A stretch of DNA of 64,000 nucleotides from Octopus vulgaris (lineage: Eukaryota): NCBI GenBank assembly GCA_951406725.2, contig OX597837.1, forward strand, positions 43,524,001-43,588,000, in the 5' to 3' direction. Position 1 is the stretch's first letter. Every line of letters starts with the position of its first letter. Of this stretch, positions 55,722-64,000 are shown one piece after another. The notes below the pieces were generated by a model that was given only the letters and a program-made list of their open reading frames with translations, had not been told where the DNA came from and made no database searches. The position numbers were made by a program, and so were the translations under genes.

Positions 55722-55921
55722 TTTACTCTTTTTACTCTTTTTACTCTTTTACTTGTTTCAGTCATTTGACTGCGGCCTTGCTGGAGCACCGCCTTTAGTC
55801 GAATCAAATCGACCCCAGGACTTATTCTTTGTAAGCCTAGTACTTATTCTATCGATCTCGTTTGCCCAAGCGCTAAGTTACGGGGACGTAAACACACCAT
55901 CATCGGTTGTTAAGCGATGCT

Positions 55922-56007
<86 letters not shown>

Positions 56008-56045
56008 GACGGGTTCCTTTCAGTTTCCGTCGACCAAATCCACTT
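55722..56045 (-). mobile_element. SINE family A, 5'-truncated, expanded internal microsatellite
   Basis: Tail (TTTTACTC)n, body, ~80-bp internal (CA)n(TA)n. Confidence 0.9.
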
Positions 56046-56648
56046 ATTCCTCTAAAATCTTCATAAGCAATTATTTCTGATGAACATTTGACAAAGCAAT
56101 ACACGCTTTCTCCTATCAAATACTCTTTACAAATTCTTTTTGCATATATGCTTCTGAACAATTATGACTTCTGATGAACTTATTTTATCACCTATTTTGA
56201 ACGCTTTTATGTAACCTGTTTAAACACGAAAAGCCTTTCTCAACATTTTCTTATCATTGTCAAAGACTCAATCACTGTATTTTAACGTATCTATGTTAAC
56301 TAGTTTTTAACACCATAAGCTACATAAAGTCTTACACTTTAGGTCTGAATATCTTTTTTTGATAAAAGTGAAACCGGCCAAGTCGATAAACATCTTTAAA
56401 AGACCTCTACATTTTCAGACCCTCGTGTGGTAATTAGCTTGCTTACTAAACACATAGTTCCGAGGTTCAATGTCAACATCCATTGAGAAGGTTGCATAAG
56501 CAAAGAAAATGTCTGGAAGACGCAGAAAATGTAGAATGAATGAGTGGGAATTGAACCGGTGAGTGTGTTAGATATTAAGGCAGAGTGAGTCTCCCCTGAC
56601 ACAAAAATATGTATATGTACACACACACATAATACACGCTCACCCCCC

Positions 56649-56682
<34 letters not shown>

Positions 56683-56982
56683 CATACATGCATATATATA
56701 TATAAATACAAACTGGGACAAGTACGCATAACATTTAGAAGACGATGCAAAAAACACGGACGGGACATTGGGAGCCTTCAATCCTCAGTCAAGAACCGCA
56801 TCATCCTCGCAAATTCGGCTGATTAATCTTGAGATTGCTCCAATCTGGCTAGCCCCAAGGAAAAACTAAGCTAAGCGCATTAGATTCCTTGGAAAAATAG
56901 CTTCGAATTTATACGAAACAAGGACTGAAAAGCGGACGATGTTACACGAATATGAATACAAAAATAATACGTAAAAACAATG

Positions 56983-57346
<364 letters not shown>

Positions 57347-57347
57347 G

Positions 57348-57389
<42 letters not shown>

Positions 57390-57706
57390 ATATATATGGA
57401 AAATGTGTTCATTTTTCATTTGTTCTGGAAATAGCATAAAAAATAGTAAAATAAAAGAATGTCCCGGCAAGATATTGACGAGAAAATAATTTTAAATGAT
57501 CAACAATCGATCATTTTGAGCCGAAATACATACATCATATGAAATCTTGGCGAATGAGAAGTTCAGTGATCGTCATCTTTAGACTGTGTAAGAGAAGACT
57601 GAATAGTAAGGTGATCTGTATAGGAAACAATTCGTTTGTGGTTGTGCTTAATATTTGCTATGCAATGAACGGCTGTATAATAGGAATTTAGTTTACTTTG
57701 AGATAC

Positions 57707-58105
57707 AGGAGCAGGAGTGGCTGTGTGGTAAGTAGCTGCTGGCCAACCACATGGTTTCAGGTTCAGTCCCACTGTGTGGCACCTTAGGCAAGTGTCTTCT
57801 ACTATAGCCTCGGGCGTACCGAAGCCTTTTGAGTGGATTTGGTAGACGGAAACTGAAAGAAGGCCGTCGTATACATATATGTATGTGTGTGTATATATTT
57901 GCGTGTGTGTGTTTGTCCCCCTATCATCGCTTGACAACTGATGCTGGTCTGTTTACGTCCCCGTAATCTAGCGGTTTGGCATAAGAGACTGATAGAATAA
58001 GTACTAGGCTTACAAAGAATAAGCCCCGGGTCGATTTGCTCGACTATAAAGGCGGTGCTCCAGTATAGCCGCAGTCAAATAACTGAAACAAGTAAAAGAA
58101 TAAAT
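57707..58105 (+). mobile_element. SINE family A, full length
   Basis: GGAGCAGGAGTGGCTGTGTGGTAAGTAGC ... CTGAAACAAGTAAAAGAAT. Confidence 0.92.
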
Positions 58106-58600
58106 GACAGAAAGAATATATTCTAAGAAAAATAAGATCTAAACTCTAACTGCAGACATCAGAAAAAGTTTCTCTTAAAAATCAAGGAAGCCAAAGATTA
58201 TGTAGTTGTTCTTCAGTGCGATTTGAATGAAATTTGGTTATTATTTCAGGCACGTCAGCCGTTTGACCAGATGTAATCTCATTAATCTGACAGAGGATAA
58301 GTTGGCAGTTGCCGCAGGATACAATAATCAAGAATATCCACAACAACGAGGTAAAAAACAACAAAATCAATACTACTGGTAACAAAATTACACGAACGCA
58401 AGGAGAGAATTTCTACGTGGTGACTTGACTTGCCAGAAGAAACAGCCAAATGTCACTCAAGCCTGTTTAAACGGTCTTAACAATACGTTTTACACTATAG
58501 ATAATTTTGATATATTTATCCAGCAAAATTATATATGATCGTAGTTACATATAATTACGAGAGCTCTCAATCATGACCGGAGGGAGATTAAATATTTATC

Positions 58601-58809
58601 ATATACATAATTATAACAAGGGATCGGCTTTACGCCTCACTACGCACTGCAAGTAGACGCTAAAGCCCCTATTACCACCTTAAAATCTCCGAGAATAGCA
58701 CTTTGTTGTAGGCGAGCAATACAGTGTTATTCTCGGAGATTTCAATGTGGTAATAGGGGCTTTGGCGTCTATTTCAACAGTGCTGATTCGTTATTATAAT
58801 TATGTATAT
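58601..58809. mobile_element. ~210-bp fold-back (hairpin MITE-like) element
   Basis: Outer IR ATATACATAATTATAA; inner ~55-bp stem TAGACGCTAAAGCCCCTATTACCAC..AAATCTCCGAGAATAGCACT vs its reverse complement at ~58723-58783. Confidence 0.8.
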
Positions 58810-58910
58810 AATTATAAAATATTTTGTAAAAATTAATTATGAGGTTGGTTTTTATTTCCGCAACTGACCACCTAGTAAAATTATTATTGATTTTACCCTT
58901 TTATTATAAT

Positions 58911-58947
<37 letters not shown>

Positions 58948-58988
58948 ATAGACATATACATATGCATATAGATATACATATATATATG

Positions 58989-59070
<82 letters not shown>

Positions 59071-60005
59071 CACACATAGAGATATACATATACATTCACA
59101 TACATACATGCATGCATACATATTTGAGCAGACATGAGAGTTTATATTGTTGGTTATTTCAAAATTCCTCTTCCATATTGCTAGAATGTATAATTTAACT
59201 TTATATCGGTTATATTGATTACATTTCTATTTCTAATATCAGACGTACTTGACCATAATGTGCATGTATGTATATGTGCGTGTATATGAGAGAGTGACAG
59301 ACCGACAGAGACAGAGTTTGTGTAAGTGTGTGTGTTTCTGTGAGTGTGTGCGTGAGTACATTAGTGTGCGTCTATCTACGTACATGTATATATGTATGTG
59401 TGCGCCTAATTACGTATTCTAACATGTTTCAATAATGAGGCATTTTGCTGCCAATTAATTTGAACATGCTTATTGCCATGTCTGAAAATCTGTTCACAAC
59501 ACTTCAATGATATCTAGATATGTGTGTGCCTCTATATATGTATGAATGTATGACTGCGTGTTTATATATACACACACATACGCCCCCCCCACACACACAC
59601 ATATAACTGTATAATAAGATATAATAATATTTTCTTCTTCGAATAGAAGCGTCAATTTTTAAATACAAACGAATGATCGCAAAATGTAGGGCTGACTCCT
59701 ACCAGAATCAAACCCACAAATCAACGCTAACACGGTTCCTTGCACATCCTATTGGGCCAAACGCTTACTAATCAATTTCAGACAAATTTAGTTAATATAT
59801 ACTTAAACTGTCAAACGCTACATATACTATTTGGTAACAAAACTGAAAGGTTTTGTAAGTTAATATGAGTCTTGCATGGTAGCTTTCTCTCTGTAACTTA
59901 CAAAGCCTTTCGGGTTAGTTTACAAATATTAAATGTTTTACACACACACACGTACGCACGCACACACACACATAATACATGAATACATATATACATACAC
60001 TCACA

Positions 60006-60061
<56 letters not shown>

Positions 60062-60170
60062 ATGAATAATTAGAAAATGAAGAAAACCATAGATTAAAAA
60101 TTCAACTGGATCATATATGTGGTTTATTATTTAATACAAAACATGACATAACATTTATGTGGCATAAAAC

Positions 60171-60283
60171 CTCTTACGGCCGTTTCCGCTTCCGATGTCA
60201 GTCAGCCTACGAAAGAATTGCGGAAATAATGATCTTCATCTTCATAGGACATTCGAACCAGAACATGGTGCTTCATCAGAGTG
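60171..60283 (-). ncRNA. Degenerate type I hammerhead motif with long stem II insert
   Basis: Minus strand CACT-CTGATGA-AGC-[~85 nt]-GCG-GAAA-C-GGCC-G-TA-AGAG; palindromic stem III loop, GTA triplet; one mismatch in stem I and one at 10.1-11.1. Confidence 0.6.
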
Positions 60284-60570
60284 AATACACAAGCGTCCTA
60301 AAAACAAAGAAAATGAAGACGAAATAGGAAAGAAAACATGGCCTAGAACAGAAGCCTGGAGGCCTAATAAATTAAAATCTTCCAACCTTCCATCATAGGG
60401 TTTCGAAGTCAGTAGGCAAAAGAATGATCTAGAAATGGTTCGGGAAGAAAATATTTCGGGTTGTCTCCATAAAGGGGGAACCGAGATATTTTAAAAGTTG
60501 TGAAAAGGAGTTAGCAAAAAATAATACAAGAATATTACTGACATGACTAGAAAGAGTAGGGCCTATATAA

Positions 60571-60942
60571 TCTCTCTCTATATAAACGGCAAAATGTCTG
60601 ACTGTGTGTGTGTGTGTATCCTATACAAATCGACAATTTTTTAGTTAGAGGGCTTGCACTTTCTATGATCATTCAAAACTGTCCGAGGGTGGTCGTGCAC
60701 ATCTTTACATTTCCCCAGTCACCCCTCAAAACCATTAAAAAATCAATAGAAGTCACTTTTTTATGAATTTTCTATCCAAAATCCAATCAAAATGCCTGGA
60801 ACTTGATACTCCAATTGAATGCCAGCTAGCTGTACGTGATTGGTCGGAGATTTGGACAGTACTCGTGTGTATGTGCGCACGCACGCAGCTGTATATGCAT
60901 GCACTAGCACTATGACCCAGCGTTGCCGAGTCATAATGCTAG
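60571..60942 (+). mobile_element. Non-autonomous Helitron
   Basis: A|TCTCTCTCTATATAA 5' end; subterminal hairpin TATGAC..GTCATA; CTAG|T 3' end; no TSD. Confidence 0.8.
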
Positions 60943-61562
60943 TACGATAACAAATTTCTACTCGATAGAAATGAAAGTTAAAATCCACACTTGAACCACA
61001 CAAAAATTCACACTGAAAATAGCAGGTTTAACAGTATACGAGCAAGCTGATCAAAAACATCTCGCACATACCTATATAGCATAAAGCTATATATTCAAAG
61101 GTACAGGTATATATGTGGACCGGTTTCTGATTTGATACAAAAATCTTCTCTTCTTCAGCTCATCTTAACCCTTTGAAATGCCTTCTCAATCCGCCAGTTT
61201 GAAATCTGCTGGCGTCCAGAATTACTTAGCGCCAATATGTGGACAGCCTCAGTGTGAAAATTACTAATCAACAGTAAAGATATTCAGAAATGAATATTTA
61301 CATAGATATTAATATTGCTATTATTATCAAGAGCAATATAAATAGTTGACGATAACAACAATATTAATATGGGTGGTTGCATGCCTAAATCAGGATTATA
61401 TAGACTTAAAATTACATTTATCAAAGGACGCATTAAAGTGTCTAACCGCTAGAAATAAGAGTTAAAGCCCTCATTTGTACCGCCAAAAATAATTCCACTG
61501 AAAATAACAGATTCAACACTATACGAGCAAGCTGATTTAAAAATCTCTCACATATTTATATA

Positions 61563-61928
61563 GGCGTAGGAGTGGCTGTGTGGTAAGTAGCTTGCTTACG
61601 AACCACATGGTTCCGGTTTCAGTCCCACTGCGTGGCACCTTGGGCGAATGCCTTCTGCTATAGCCTCGGGCCGACCAAAGCCTTGTGAGTGGATTTGGTA
61701 GACGGAAACTGAAAGAAGCCCGTCGTATATATGTATGTATGTATGTATGTGTGTGCATATATTTGTGTGTCTGTGTTTGTCCCCCCAACGTCGCTTGACA
61801 ACCGCTGTTGGTGTGTTTACGTCCCCGTAACTTAGCGGTTCGGCAAAGTGACCGATAGAATAAAGTCGGTGCTCCAGCATGGCTACAGTCAAATGACTGA
61901 AACAAGTAAATGAGTAAAAATGAATGAG
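61563..61928 (+). mobile_element. SINE family A with internal deletion, inserted in a duplicated segment
   Basis: GGCGTAGGAGTGGCTGTGTGG head; lacks the ~50 bp normally between GATAGAATAA and CGGTGCTCC. Confidence 0.93.
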
Positions 61929-62373
61929 TATAGCATAAAGACATATAAATTTAATGGTACCGATGTATATGTGGACCGGTTTCTGATTTGATACGAAAAT
62001 CATACATTCTTTAGCACGGTGGTCCAAATGTTACACAGTTACTGTGTCCTTATGATTAATGCATATGAGGTGGTTGTCTACTCCTTATGCAGAGTTCGAC
62101 TACCTCCTGTAGCTTCACCTTAGAACCATCATGTTATCTGATGCGGCTTTTTAAACCAGATAATGTTTTGAAATGACACCCACAGAGATTGCACATCCGA
62201 TTTAGACCATCAAGAGCTGCAGATAAGCTCTGATCTTTTTTTAATATATATATTTTACATATATTTTTTCTAATATATATATGAGGAGAGTTTACGAAAA
62301 AAAACAAAAGACGAAGACAGGTGGTGTACAAAACAAACAGATGTATTAGTATAACGCGCAGGAATAGAAAAAG

Positions 62374-62411
62374 TCTTTTACGTTTCGAGCCTATGCTCTT
62401 CTATAGAAAGA
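62374..62411 (-). ncRNA. Variant minimal hammerhead-like motif, same family as 27035 (module ~62280-62475)
   Basis: Minus strand TCTTT-CTATAGA-A-GAGC-ATAG-GCTC-GAAA-CG-TA-AAAGA; flanks align with 26975-27170; core degenerate. Confidence 0.5.
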
Positions 62412-62472
62412 TATACAGAAAAAACAAGGAGAGAAATAAATGCGTGTAGTGACTACCGATCTATCATGGCGA

Positions 62473-62515
<43 letters not shown>

Positions 62516-63205
62516 CATATATGTATGAATATAAATATATATGTGTACGCATAAACATATATATATATATATATATACACATATATCAACACACACACAT
62601 AAATACACGCATACATACATACACTCACAAGCACGTGGATATATATATATTTGTCCGTCTCTGTGTATATATATATACTTTGCTTATATAAATATATATG
62701 TATGCATGTATATGCGTGTGTGCATGTATGTCTGTATGCATGTGTGTGTATGGCAGCATGTCATCACATATATATCTGCGCATGCAATTGTGCTGCTTAC
62801 ATACACATACACACACAGTCAAACACATTCATATATGTGTGTTTGTGTGCACGTGTGAGAGGGTGTAAGTGTGTGTATGTATATATGTGTGTGTACTTAT
62901 ACGTGTGTGTATATCTTTATATCCACATTTATGCATTGGCGTCTTTTACAGAAAGTGTGATATGGAGATCAACAACAAAAAAAAAAAAAAAAGAGAAAGA
63001 AAACTAACTTTAAGCGCTCTTGTGAGCTGTTGCTATACTTTGTTTCCAATGAGAGAATTGGTGATTTGGGACGATATAAGAGGCTTATATATGCCTTTCT
63101 TTAACAGATTTCAAATTTATGAAAATTTTGTATTTTTCTACATTAGATGCGACCCATTTTCCAGAAGTATTTAAATATTTATAAACACATACACACACAC
63201 ATGCT

Positions 63206-63265
<60 letters not shown>

Positions 63266-63382
63266 GATTATGTATACCTGTATAAGTATATTTATATACT
63301 CACACACATATGGATATATGTTCATTCTCTCTTCTTGTTTCTTCTTCCCGCTACATACATACATACATGCATACATACATCC

Positions 63383-63516
<134 letters not shown>

Positions 63517-63615
63517 TACACGGTATACACACACATACATATATATATGTATATATATATATATATATTGCCTACACGGTTCATGCTATATCGATACCAT
63601 AATGTTATTCGCTAG

Positions 63616-63655
<40 letters not shown>

Positions 63656-64000
63656 GATGTATATACGTATATACGTGCATACATAAATATATATGTATGT
63701 ATATAGTAATGTATATCCACGTATGTATATGCACAAACACGTGTGTTTATAAGTTAAGATGGCGGTAGAAAAATGTAAGAGAAAAATATATTTTAAACGC
63801 TTTGCTTCTGATCTTCGCGCGAATATGCCCAGTGGAAGGCTTAGTGAATGCGTATATGACTATATATACATACATGTATAAACTAGTATATCACATAAAT
63901 GGATGCGTAGAGAGATAATAGAGATGTAGTACTTGACTTTCCACTTTATTTTCATCCATTTTAAGAATTTATTTTCATATACCACCCCTTCTACACACGC

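Noticed and set aside
56720-56975. (TA)n-adjacent unique module with CTGAGGA on the minus strand
   Set aside because: Likely a repeat fragment; no complete ribozyme fold or diagnostic termini

Overview
AT-rich, microsatellite-saturated animal genomic DNA. I recognise no host protein-coding exon, rRNA or intact tRNA, so it is probably intronic or intergenic. The SINE families and repeat landscape best fit an octopus or other coleoid cephalopod genome (my recognition, no database search). Almost every ORF in the supplied track is a translation artefact of (TA)n/(TG)n/(TAA)n/(TATG)n/(GATA)n arrays; the genuine coding remnants are transposon relics. Contents: (1) many tRNA-derived SINEs of four families, here called A, B (Meta-domain-like), C and D; (2) DNA transposons: four mariner relics/MITEs, a DD37D/maT-like element, a Chapaev-type transposase relic, a non-autonomous Helitron and MITE-like hairpins; (3) several RTE-clade LINE fragments, one 5'-inverted, and an R4/Dong-like RLE-endonuclease LINE fragment in a (TAA)n array; (4) the most interesting signal: short modules embedded in (TA)n that carry minimal type-I hammerhead ribozyme motifs of the Penelope/retrozyme kind (two near-canonical ones ~360 bp apart at 10.2-10.7 kb, four variant ones elsewhere) and/or long fold-back palindromes.
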